In this document: one piece after another, positions 25,017 through 33,106 of the stretch
How positions within the stretch are numbered: the first letter of the stretch is position 1
How the letters are laid out: every line of letters starts with the position of its first letter
Virus record (IMG/VR): IMGVR_UViG_3300023261_000004
Coordinates: 1 to 40,254 of that record
Origin: a virus
Lineage: Duplodnaviria; Caudoviricetes
Length of the DNA: 40,254 nt
Direction: 5' to 3' (one strand)
Position numbers and translations under genes: made by a program
The notes under the pieces: model-generated
The model's input: only the letters and a program-made list of their open reading frames with translations
What the model was told of the DNA's origin: nothing
The model's database searches: none

Positions 25017-25517
25017 CTACTTCTTCTCGGCCTTCTCGGCCGCCGCCGCCGCAGCCTTCTCTTCCGCGGTCACGGGCACGCCGCTGACGATCCGCTGCAG
25101 CCGCAGGTTCGACGGGGGCGCCGGCGGCACGAACGTCGGCGGCACGACCGCGGCGTTACTGTGCGCCGTCTCGATGCCGCCAATGGTGGCCGTCAGGTCC
25201 AGCGACTGGCCCGCCACATTCAAGGCCGTGGGCACGGTGGCCGCGCACGTCTTCGTGTAGGCGTCCGCGGTGGTCGTGCAGGTCACCATCGTCAGCAGTG
25301 TGCCGACCGCGCTGCCGACCTGGTAGATCTTGTAGGGATACCCTTGGGCGGTGGCCACGTCGAACGGCGGCCGGGTACCGCCGGCTGGGGCGGGCGGGCC
25401 GCTGATCTCCCATTGCGCGCGCAAAGTTTGCGTCTGCGCCTGCGCGGTCGAGACACACCACCCGACCAGCGCGAGAACAACCAGAGCCACGCCCACCACC
25501 ACTTGTTGCACGCGCAT
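25017..25517 (-). CDS. Secreted Ig/Fn3-like protein (166 aa) with Sec signal peptide
   Basis: GGAGG SD; MRVQQVVVGVALVVLALVGWCVSTAQA|Q; Cys pair; ETAHSN..PPAPPSNLR Fn3-type end. Confidence 0.7.
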   Translation of the reverse strand: MRVQQVVVGVALVVLALVGWCVSTAQAQTQTLRAQWEISGPPAPAGGTRPPFDVATAQGYPYKIYQVGSAVGTLLTMVTCTTTADAYTKTCAATVPTALNVAGQSLDLTATIGGIETAHSNAAVVPPTFVPPAPPSNLRLQRIVSGVPVTAEEKAAAAAAEKAEKK

Positions 25518-25528
25518 ACCGCCTCCGT

Positions 25529-26077
25529 TCAGAGTGCACATTCCCAGCCGAGCTCGGCCGGGTTCGAATTCGCTGCCGTCGCCTTGAAGCCCAGAAGCTG
25601 GCTGCGGTTGTATAACAGAATGGCCAGGCCGGAGTCTTCCAGTGTGTGTTCTGGGTCCGTCAGGACGTTGCCATCGGCATCCCGCTCCGCGCCTGGCACC
25701 AGCGTCCCGACCAGACTCGAGGGCGCGGTCCCGTTGGTGAAGTAGCGCAGGCTCCCACTGGTCCAGTGCCCCACGCACGTCAGGCTCTCGTCGAGCGTGG
25801 CCGGCTCGCGCCCGCCCAGGTCCTCGGCCGTGAACCAGCGCGTGGTGTTGTCGATCACCATGGTGAACACCACACACGCCGCGGTCGGGTTACTCGTGCA
25901 GGGCGCCTGCGGGGTCTGCGGCGGGTGGTTGTGGTCAGGCGGCACCGGCGCGTCCGGCTCCTGCGTCCAGGCCGCTCGAGGCGCCGGCACCCACGGCACC
26001 GCCGGCCAGAGTAAGTCCGTCCAACTGACTAGCGCGAAGTAGCCGACCAGCACCGCCGCGCGCGCCTCGAGACTCAT
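25529..26077 (-). CDS. Membrane-anchored/secreted beta-sandwich protein (182 aa)
   Basis: Hydrophobic N-terminus, Pro linker, LRYFTNGTAPSSLVG motif. Confidence 0.65.
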   Translation of the reverse strand: MSLEARAAVLVGYFALVSWTDLLWPAVPWVPAPRAAWTQEPDAPVPPDHNHPPQTPQAPCTSNPTAACVVFTMVIDNTTRWFTAEDLGGREPATLDESLTCVGHWTSGSLRYFTNGTAPSSLVGTLVPGAERDADGNVLTDPEHTLEDSGLAILLYNRSQLLGFKATAANSNPAELGWECAL

Positions 26078-26083
26078 GGGGTC

Positions 26084-26164
26084 TCACCGCCGGCTGTCGT
26101 AGATGCCAGTGAGAATGATCACGACGACCACCACCAGAAAGAGCACACCGACAATGCCCAGCAT
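26084..26164 (-). CDS. 26-aa TM micropeptide (MLGIVGVLFLVVVVVIILTGIYDSRR)
   Basis: Fills the gap between two genes almost exactly; translated by hand. Confidence 0.55.
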   Translation of the reverse strand: MLGIVGVLFLVVVVVIILTGIYDSRR

Positions 26165-26165
26165 G

Positions 26166-26561
26166 TCACGGGCGCCGTCCTTGAATGGTGTAGGCGTTCG
26201 ACGGGCCGCTCTCGCAGCAGTTCCCGTCGAAGGCGAAGGCGTAGAGCGTGCGCCGGCCGGGCGTGTTCAGCAGATCGACCGCGCCCTGCGGCAGCGGGCT
26301 GTCGCACAGATGCGTGGTCGGAGTCTGCGTCACGCAGCTGTGCGGCGGGGGCATCGCCACGAACGGCCCGTTCGGGGTCGCACTGTCGATCCGCAGCCGC
26401 ATCGGCATGTTGATCGCCTTGTCCGCCGGCATGTCGTTCAGTTGAAACACGACGCGGTCGGTGGTGTAGACCGGGCCGCGCGTGATCGTAGTGCCGCGCA
26501 CCACCGCGCGTTGCGCCCCGGCCGGCGCGGCCAGCGCCAGGACAAGGATCAGGGTTCTCAT
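26166..26561 (-). CDS. Secreted Fn3-like protein (131 aa)
   Basis: MRTLILVLALAAPAGA|Q signal; Cys pairs; ESGPSN strand end; ATGA overlap with the MTase stop. Confidence 0.7.
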   Translation of the reverse strand: MRTLILVLALAAPAGAQRAVVRGTTITRGPVYTTDRVVFQLNDMPADKAINMPMRLRIDSATPNGPFVAMPPPHSCVTQTPTTHLCDSPLPQGAVDLLNTPGRRTLYAFAFDGNCCESGPSNAYTIQGRRP

Positions 26562-27853
26562 AGCGCGTCTACCTCTGCTATGCGCCGGCCGATCCAGGCC
26601 ATCACGGGCACCGCCATGCTGTTGCCCAGCGCCTTGTAGCGCGGCCCGTCGGCGGCCGCTTTCCCCCGATAGGGGATGAGCGTGTAGTCATCGGGGAACC
26701 CCTGGAGGCGCTCGCATTCTCGAGGGGTCAGCCGGCGCACCGCCATGGCGGTCGCGGCGACGTTCGACAGCCGGAAGTTGTGCGTGCCCTCGCGGGTGTA
26801 GGTGCGGGCTTGGTTCGCCGCCACCGGGTCGGCGAGCTCCGCGAAGGCCACGAGCGGTGCGCCGTCACCCAGGCCCGTGCTGCCAGACTCGGCCTTGAGC
26901 GGCGGCACCACGTCGGACGGCCCGTTGTCCTGCGCGCCGAGGGGATGGGTGACCGCTCCGCTGATGTCTGGGTCTTGGCGGTTGTGGAAGGCCACGGCGT
27001 GGCTCGAGCACTCGCGCAATGTGAACATCGGATCACCTGGGTTGCCCATGGCGCTCCCGTCTCTGGCGATGCCCCTGTCGCCACGACCCTTCGCCCCGTC
27101 AAGAATCGGCACGGGGATCAGCCCGCCGTCGCAGTCGAAGTCGGTCCCGAGGCCACCGCCCGCAGTGCTGCGGCTAGGGAGTGTGGGAGCTGTCATCGCC
27201 ACCAGCGCCTCGGCCTCTACGCGCTCGTTGCCCGTGCGACTGAATGGAGGGCCGCCGCCAACTGTGGGGGCAAGTCTTTGCCCCGCGTCTCGGCTCGGCG
27301 CAGGATCCCCGCGCAGGCTCGCATACTCAATGAGAACCGCTGCGGCACGTCGCCAGTCTCCAAGATGGCCGACAACGAACACGCGCTTCCGTCGCTGGGC
27401 CAGTCCGAAATACTGAGCGTCAAGAACGCGGTAGGCGAACCCATACCCGCACTCTGCCAGCCCTCGGAGCAAGGTGCCAAACGCCCGTCCTCCGTCGGCG
27501 GACAGGACACCGGGGACGTTCTCCCAGACCACCCATCGGGGCCGTAGTCGAAGAGCAATTGCAAGGTAGGTGAGCATGAGCGAACCACGCGGGTCATCCA
27601 AGCCCGCTCGCAGTCCCGCGACACTGAAGGACTGGCAGGGAGTTCCGCCGACGAGAACATCGACAGCTGCACCATCAAAGGTCCAGTCCTTGAACCGGGT
27701 CATGTCGCCCAAGTTGGGCACGGTTGGGTAGTAGTGCGCCAGCACCGCGCACGGGAACGGGTCCACCTCGCTGAACGCCACGGGCGTCCACCCCAGCGGG
27801 TCCCAGGCCACGGTGGCCGCCTCGATCCCGCTACACACGCTCAGGTAGCGCAT
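26558..27853 (-). CDS. C5-cytosine DNA methyltransferase (431 aa), M.EcoHK31I alpha-like
   Basis: SVCSGIEA (motif I variant), GGTPCQSFS (IV), WENVPG (VI), QRRKRVFVVG (VIII), RRLTPRECERLQGFPD (IX), YKALGNSMAVPV (X). Confidence 0.95.
   Translation of the reverse strand: MRYLSVCSGIEAATVAWDPLGWTPVAFSEVDPFPCAVLAHYYPTVPNLGDMTRFKDWTFDGAAVDVLVGGTPCQSFSVAGLRAGLDDPRGSLMLTYLAIALRLRPRWVVWENVPGVLSADGGRAFGTLLRGLAECGYGFAYRVLDAQYFGLAQRRKRVFVVGHLGDWRRAAAVLIEYASLRGDPAPSRDAGQRLAPTVGGGPPFSRTGNERVEAEALVAMTAPTLPSRSTAGGGLGTDFDCDGGLIPVPILDGAKGRGDRGIARDGSAMGNPGDPMFTLRECSSHAVAFHNRQDPDISGAVTHPLGAQDNGPSDVVPPLKAESGSTGLGDGAPLVAFAELADPVAANQARTYTREGTHNFRLSNVAATAMAVRRLTPRECERLQGFPDDYTLIPYRGKAAADGPRYKALGNSMAVPVMAWIGRRIAEVDAL
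27217..27678 (-). CDS. Overlapping alternative-frame polypeptide, M.EcoHK31I beta-like (~153 aa)
   Basis: SLSAILETGDVPQRFSLS.RACAGILRRAETRGK.LP..L..AL; third-position GC of the MTase frame drops in this interval. Confidence 0.7.
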   Translation of the reverse strand: MMVQLSMFSSAELPASPSVSRDCERAWMTRVVRSCSPTLQLLFDYGPDGWSGRTSPVSCPPTEDGRLAPCSEGWQSAGMGSPTAFLTLSISDWPSDGSACSLSAILETGDVPQRFSLSMRACAGILRRAETRGKDLPPQLAAALHSVARATSA

Positions 27854-27857
27854 ACGG

Positions 27858-28406
27858 TTACCAGGGAATGTCGTCCGCCGTCAGGTGGATCAACCCGTCG
27901 TCAGGCGGGGGCGGGGTCCAGACCACCGGGAACGCATTGAACACGTCTTGCGGCACAAAATACGCCGGCGGCCGGTCATTCGGGGTGCTCTCATACTCTT
28001 TGCGCACCCCGTGCCGGCCGATGATCCACCCGCACAAGTCGTAGCGCACCAGGTCATGCTGCACCACCAGCACCCACGGGTGATCGATCGTCGGCTTGGC
28101 CACGTCGTCGGGCCGGATGATCAGCCGCCCGTCGTGGTGCGGGGTCATGCGAACCTGCTCGACGCCAAGGTCTTGGTCGTCCTCCCAGGTCGTGCCGGCG
28201 CCGAACCAGTAGCGGTCCAGGCCTTTGGCGCACGCCATCTCGCCCAGGCACCCCTGAATATGGCGCTCCAAAGAGTCGAGGTCGTTCCCGTGCTTGCCGT
28301 TGTCGGCCTTCGCCGCGATCCCGGCGTCGTTGCGGATCTTCGCCACGAACCGCGCCAGTTGCACCTCGCGCGGGCGCAGAACCACGGGGATCCTCTGGGG
28401 CTTCAT
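27858..28406 (-). CDS. Conserved phage protein, possible PD-(D/E)XK-like nuclease (182 aa)
   Basis: G.LGE.A.AK...YW..D.DLG..QVR.T...GRLIIRP.D...VLV...GWI.G; ATGA coupling. Confidence 0.65.
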   Translation of the reverse strand: MKPQRIPVVLRPREVQLARFVAKIRNDAGIAAKADNGKHGNDLDSLERHIQGCLGEMACAKGLDRYWFGAGTTWEDDQDLGVEQVRMTPHHDGRLIIRPDDVAKPTIDHPWVLVVQHDLVRYDLCGWIIGRHGVRKEYESTPNDRPPAYFVPQDVFNAFPVVWTPPPPDDGLIHLTADDIPW

Positions 28407-29401
28407 GCCGGCACCGCCCGGTGCCAGAGCCTAGCGTCGTTTCCGAACACGCGCCAGCCCGCCGCCGGCTTGCGCCCGAACAGTTCCACCCGCGCGCCCT
28501 CGGGCCAGTGTTTGTCCAGATACTGCCGGAAGAAGTCCGGCTTGGCCGAATGCTCGGTCTTGCGCTCGACGTAGACCGACCGCGGTAGTTCGCGCGGCAC
28601 GTCCGGCGTGCAGCTGCCACGCGTGCAGATCAGGAACAGTTCCACCGACCCCTCGGTGTAGAACCCGCCGGCGCCACGCACCTTGTCCCAGACCAGCAGC
28701 GCCTTGTACACGAACCCCCAGGCGCGCAGGACATCGTAGGGGCCAGGGTCGTCGTAGAGCAGCGGAGCGGGCACCCAGAGCCCCAGAACGGCATCCGGGG
28801 TCGTGTGCGCCTTCACCGGCAGTTCGCACAACTGGTCGATCGACATGACCGGGTAGTGCTTGCTCGAGCTCGAGCCACTCGGCTGCGCCTGGCCGTAGGT
28901 CCAAGGCGGGTCCGCGAGCCACACCCGATACTGCCCCTCCAGCGCGGCCTGGCCCTGGACGGTGGCCGCGCGCTTGCGGACCCGCATCTCTTCGCGCACC
29001 TCGCGCTGACCCCAGCCCTCGGCCACCGCTTGGTCGATCACCTCATCTATAACTATCGACGGTTGCGCGCTGAGCGGGTAGTAGAGGCTGATGTCCACGT
29101 CCGCCCGGCGCTGTGCCACCGGCACCCGCCCCAATTGCCGCAAGTTGATCAACGTCTGCCGCGCAAACCCGGTCAGTTCCTGCGCCTGCTCGATGCGGTC
29201 GGCCCAGTCCGTCCGGCCATCCCCATAGAGCAACCAGTCCGCGAGCCACCAGCCCGCGCGCAGATAGGACCGCCGCGCGTATTCACCGACCGCCTGGTGT
29301 TCGTCGAAGGTCGGCTTGCCCGTCACCCGCAGCCGGGTGGCCGACAGCACGTAGGGACCGATCGTGATCGGCGCGTCGTCGAACGACAGTTTGCGCCCCA
29401 C
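28403..29401 (-). CDS. MT-A70 family N6-adenine methyltransferase with extra N-terminal helical domain (332 aa)
   Basis: YRVWLADPPW, HYPVMS, L.LW, WGF.YK..LVWDK, EHSAKP, ELFGR, GW.VFGN. Confidence 0.9.
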   Translation of the reverse strand: MGRKLSFDDAPITIGPYVLSATRLRVTGKPTFDEHQAVGEYARRSYLRAGWWLADWLLYGDGRTDWADRIEQAQELTGFARQTLINLRQLGRVPVAQRRADVDISLYYPLSAQPSIVIDEVIDQAVAEGWGQREVREEMRVRKRAATVQGQAALEGQYRVWLADPPWTYGQAQPSGSSSSKHYPVMSIDQLCELPVKAHTTPDAVLGLWVPAPLLYDDPGPYDVLRAWGFVYKALLVWDKVRGAGGFYTEGSVELFLICTRGSCTPDVPRELPRSVYVERKTEHSAKPDFFRQYLDKHWPEGARVELFGRKPAAGWRVFGNDARLWHRAVPA

Positions 29402-29403
29402 GG

Positions 29404-29778
29404 CTACACCTCGGCCTCTTCCACCGGCGTGCCGCTCGGGGCCGCACTCACCTGGTCCTTGGCAATATGCACGGCCAGCTTGTCCGCGCCCTTCAGCCGG
29501 TCCAACCGGATGCCGTTGGCCGTGTAACTGTCCACGCCCTTCTCGGCCATCTCGCGCAGGGCGCTGGCCTTATAGGCCAGTTCGTCCATGCGGTTCTGCG
29601 CGTCACTCGACCGCACTTCCGCCAGGCCGTGGCACACCGCGTCCAGCTTCCGGTTCCGCACCTGCTCGGTCCCCGGCAGTTGCGCCTGGCGGGGCAGCGT
29701 CGGGCGGGTAGTCCCGCTGCCGTTCGTCATCTTCTGGGCCGTGGGTTTCTTCGCGTCGAACCGGTGCTTCTTCGCCAT
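29404..29778 (-). CDS. Hypothetical protein (124 aa)
   Basis: AAGGAG SD; helical, good codon bias. Confidence 0.75.
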   Translation of the reverse strand: MAKKHRFDAKKPTAQKMTNGSGTTRPTLPRQAQLPGTEQVRNRKLDAVCHGLAEVRSSDAQNRMDELAYKASALREMAEKGVDSYTANGIRLDRLKGADKLAVHIAKDQVSAAPSGTPVEEAEV

Positions 29779-30268
29779 GTCGCTCCTTCGGAGGTCTGCC
29801 GCCGGCCTGCAGCCGGCCGTATTCCGCGATCAGCAGGGCATCCGCGATCGCATGGGTGATCTTTTCCTTCGGGAACCAGCGCTGCGCCAGGATCTTCATC
29901 ACCCGCTTGTCGCCGGCGTGCGGCACGATCCCCAAGCCGCGCTGCCAGGTCCAGGCCGTGACCAGCGTGTAGGCCACGCCGGCCGCGCGCAGCGCCATCT
30001 TCAACCGCCCGTCCTGCTGGCCAAACGTGAACGCGCTCACAACCCCCATCTGGGGCGACGAATGCACCGCCTCGACCCAGGCCCGGCACGGGTGCCCGGC
30101 GGCCTTCGCCTCGCGCCGGGCGATCGTCAGCCACGCCAGGAGGTCCGCGTCCACCTCGGGCATCGGCGTCGTCGTCACCACCGTGCCGCGGTGGTCGAGC
30201 AGCGCCAGTCCGCCGCTCTTGCCCGGGTCCGCGCCGACGAAGTAAGCCATGCGTTTGCGCGCCGTCAT
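29603..30268 (-). CDS. Phage RuvC-like Holliday junction resolvase
   Basis: VGADPGKSGGLA, VEAVHSSP.MGV.SAFTFG, W.RGLG, ADALLIAEYG; low-complexity tail overlaps the next gene. Confidence 0.85.
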   Translation of the reverse strand: MTARKRMAYFVGADPGKSGGLALLDHRGTVVTTTPMPEVDADLLAWLTIARREAKAAGHPCRAWVEAVHSSPQMGVVSAFTFGQQDGRLKMALRAAGVAYTLVTAWTWQRGLGIVPHAGDKRVMKILAQRWFPKEKITHAIADALLIAEYGRLQAGGRPPKERHGEEAPVRREETHGPEDDERQRDYPPDAAPPGATAGDRAGAEPEAGRGVPRPGGSAVE

Positions 30269-31668
30269 TCTGATCCAGAAGTCGGCTTCGGGGCCACCAG
30301 TTTTCCCGGTGATGCCGGCCGGCGCGGAGCCCGCACCCGCTCCGGCAACGGCTCGCCACCGTCGTGGAATTGCTGCGTCGACCGGTCGAACGTCAGGTTG
30401 AGTGTGCCGGCGTTCCCGTTGCGCTGCTTGGCCACAATAAATTCAGTGGTGCCGCTGGCCAGGTGGTTCGGCCGATACAGGAACGCCACCATGTCCGCGT
30501 CTTCTTCCAGCCGCCCGCTCTCCCGCAAGTCCGACAACTGCGGGCGCGGGTCCATCCGTCCATCCGCGGCCCGGTTCAATTGCGACACCAGAAACGTGGC
30601 CACGTGCAGGTCCCCGGCGATCTCGTTCTTGGTCCGGGTGCTGATGTCTGACATTTCGGCGTAGCGGTTGCCCTGGTTGCGCCCCTCGAGCTCGCCCGGG
30701 ATCAGTTGGGCGTAGTCGATCACCACCAGGTCCAGGCCCCCCTCGGCCTTGATGCGCCGGCACGCGCCACGGATCTGCCGCACCGTCTGCCCGGGCCGGT
30801 CGTCGATCAGGAGCTCGAGCGTGCTCAGGCGCTCCATGCCGTCCGCGATCCGCGCGTGGTCCTTCGCCCCCAGCACCCCACTCTGGATCCGCGTGAGTTC
30901 GACCCCGGACAAGACCGCCAGCAGCCGGTCCCGTAGATGTTTCACGCGCATCTCCAGCGAGAAGATCACCACCCGCTTGCCGGCCTCGCTCGCGGCGATG
31001 GCGGTATTGAGCAGCCACGTGGTCTTCCCCATGCTCGGCCGCGCGGCCAGCACGTTCATGTCCGCCGCCTGCCACCCGAACGTCAGGTCGTCGACCGACT
31101 TGAACCCCGTGGGAATGCCGGTCACCTCGCCCTGGTGCGCGTGCCGCCATTCCAAGTCGTCGAACAGCCCATTGATCAGGTCCTTGGCCTTGACGTGCCC
31201 GGCCGGGCGCTGCAGATGCAGGTCGAGGATCGCCTTGTCCGCCGCGGCCACGATCGTGTCGGCACTCTCTTCCGCGGCGTAGGCCTGCGACAGGATCCGG
31301 TTCGTGGTGTCGATCACCTGGCGCAGCCGATACTTCTCGCGCACGATCGCCGCGTAGTGCGCCACGTTCACCGACCGCGGCACCCCGTCCGTCAGGCTCG
31401 CGAGATACCCCGGCCCGCCGACCGCCTCGAGTTCGCCGGTGCGCTCGAGCTCGTCCTTGAGCGTCGTAAAGTCGCACGCCACCTTGCGCTCCAGCAGCCG
31501 CACCATGGCCAGGAACAACTGCCGGTGCGCCAACCGGTAGAATTCCTGGCCGGTCAGCGTCTGGTCGATCAGTTCCAGCGCGGTGTTGTCGATCAGCAGC
31601 GCGCCCAGCACGCTCGTTTCCGCCTCCAGGCTGTGCGGCAGCGTGTCGTCTTTCGGGGCCTTCTTCAC
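30265..31668 (-). CDS. dnaB: Replicative DNA helicase DnaB (467 aa)
   Basis: LPHSLEAETSVLGALL, AARPSMGKTT, FSLEM, VVIDYAQL, SQLNR, PQLSDLRESG.LEEDAD, AKQRNG; GTGA overlap. Confidence 0.95.
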   Translation of the reverse strand: MKKAPKDDTLPHSLEAETSVLGALLIDNTALELIDQTLTGQEFYRLAHRQLFLAMVRLLERKVACDFTTLKDELERTGELEAVGGPGYLASLTDGVPRSVNVAHYAAIVREKYRLRQVIDTTNRILSQAYAAEESADTIVAAADKAILDLHLQRPAGHVKAKDLINGLFDDLEWRHAHQGEVTGIPTGFKSVDDLTFGWQAADMNVLAARPSMGKTTWLLNTAIAASEAGKRVVIFSLEMRVKHLRDRLLAVLSGVELTRIQSGVLGAKDHARIADGMERLSTLELLIDDRPGQTVRQIRGACRRIKAEGGLDLVVIDYAQLIPGELEGRNQGNRYAEMSDISTRTKNEIAGDLHVATFLVSQLNRAADGRMDPRPQLSDLRESGRLEEDADMVAFLYRPNHLASGTTEFIVAKQRNGNAGTLNLTFDRSTQQFHDGGEPLPERVRAPRRPASPGKLVAPKPTSGSE

Positions 31669-32153
31669 CGGGGCACCCGCATCTCCGCGCTGATGGCCTG
31701 CGTGTGGTCCGCCGCCGTCCGGCAGCGCGGGACGTGCCGGCAGTCCGCCGGCGGGGCCCCGAGCATGAAACTGTCGGTGCGTTCCGCGCCCCAACGGTTC
31801 ACGCTGCTGGCGAACAGCGCAAACGGGTGCCGGCGCTCGACGTAATACGACTCGTTGCTCGCGAGGTAGCGTGCGGCCCGGGCCTCGAGGTCCTCGGGCT
31901 GGAGCGTCCGCAGCAGCCGCTTCCACTGCGGCCGGTCCTTGGCGTAGGTCCACACGTATTGGCCGATCTGCCCCGGCGTGTAGCGCTCGCACCAGCAGTA
32001 GTCGAAGGCCTGCTCCAGGCGCTTCAAGTCCTCGCCCTGCGTCGTGCCCCCGGTCTGCAGCGCATACAGTTCTTTGTTGATCGCCGCGGCCTCCATCAGC
32101 AGCGCGTCCTGTTTCGCCAGTAACCGCGCGATCTTGTCGTCACTCCCGGCCAT
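31665..32153 (-). CDS. Putative replication initiator C-terminal-like / helicase-loader protein (162 aa)
   Basis: F...W..RY...KDR..WKRLL....LE.....YL...E.YY...RHPF..F...VN pattern; coupled to dnaB. Confidence 0.55.
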   Translation of the reverse strand: MAGSDDKIARLLAKQDALLMEAAAINKELYALQTGGTTQGEDLKRLEQAFDYCWCERYTPGQIGQYVWTYAKDRPQWKRLLRTLQPEDLEARAARYLASNESYYVERRHPFALFASSVNRWGAERTDSFMLGAPPADCRHVPRCRTAADHTQAISAEMRVPR

Positions 32154-32156
32154 ATG

Positions 32157-32366
32157 TCACCCCTTCCGGTTCATCAGTCGCGGCGTCGGGTCGAACGGGG
32201 CCGGCGCGGCGTTCAGCTTACGTCGCACCTCCCGCCGTCGTTCAGCCGCCTGCCGTTGCTGCGCTTCCCACTCGGCCGGCCGGCGCTTCCGTTCCTCCGC
32301 TTCCCACTGTTCCAGCTTCGTCTTCCACCCGCCCTTCAGCCGGTGTGCCGCGTTCCTCCAGGCCAT
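32157..32366 (-). CDS. Hypothetical basic protein (69 aa)
   Basis: AAGGGGG SD; G/C third positions. Confidence 0.55.
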   Translation of the reverse strand: MAWRNAAHRLKGGWKTKLEQWEAEERKRRPAEWEAQQRQAAERRREVRRKLNAAPAPFDPTPRLMNRKG

Positions 32367-32845
32367 CCGTCCCCCTTCGACCTTTCAGCCAACGGTTGCC
32401 GTCCATCCGGAGGCCAGAGGCCTCTCCCAAGGGAGGGCAGGCCTCTGGCCAGGAAACTCCACCAACGGGGGTTTACCGCGTTTCAGCCACTCGGCCGCAC
32501 GCCACCACGTCAGCCCCAGAGGCGCAGCGGCTATCGCGGCAGCGGCGAACCTGCCGGGAAAACACGCCCCAGGTGCGGCCAGTATTTTGGGCGGTTCTGC
32601 TCGCCCCCCTCTTCGCGGCCTGGCCGTGGCCACCGCGCCCGCCCATCGGTTACCCCAGTTGGCGGGACGTGCCCGACGTAACCGCCTGGGTGGTTGAACC
32701 CGCCCACGGCTACGTTGCGAACCGACTACTTGTGTGTTGGAAGGCTTTCCGGCTACCATGAACGGCAGCCGGGGCCTGCCTACTACAGGCGTTCGGTGAG
32801 ATCTGCGGCCGGCGAAGGCTTCCCACCTTCGACCGGCCGCGCGCT

Positions 32846-32874
32846 TTTATAGGATCTTTCCCGCCGCAGATCAA
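32846..32874 (-). promoter_or_regulatory. sigma70-type promoter P3
   Basis: TTGATC-N17-TATAAA, followed by a GC hairpin at 32805-32840. Confidence 0.7.
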
Positions 32875-32878
32875 CCCC

Positions 32879-33106
32879 TCACAACTGGTGGGGGCCTTTT
32901 GTCGTGCGCCGTCTATTCCTGGGCCTCCGCTCCAGATACGTCTCCACGGCTTCGGCCATCGTCAAGCAGTTGGCCCCCAGGAACAGCCCCAGCAGCACGC
33001 GGTCGATGGGGTCGGTCACCTTGAGATAGATGCACAGCACCGGGAACACCAGCAGCCACACCATGAACAGGCCGTGGTAGATCTCCACGATCAGCCGGGC
33101 GCTCAT
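32879..33106 (-). CDS. Small two-TM membrane protein (75 aa)
   Basis: ATGA overlap with the helicase stop; hydrophobic segments. Confidence 0.65.
   Translation of the reverse strand: MSARLIVEIYHGLFMVWLLVFPVLCIYLKVTDPIDRVLLGLFLGANCLTMAEAVETYLERRPRNRRRTTKGPHQL

Noticed and set aside
29603-29778. 176-nt overlap of the RuvC-like tail with the next gene as a functional overprint
   Set aside because: The tail is low complexity and codon bias belongs to the downstream gene; probably a drifted stop codon.
32385-32759. 124-aa ORF in the structured region
   Set aside because: No clear SD, weak codon bias and no motifs; not annotated, though not excluded.
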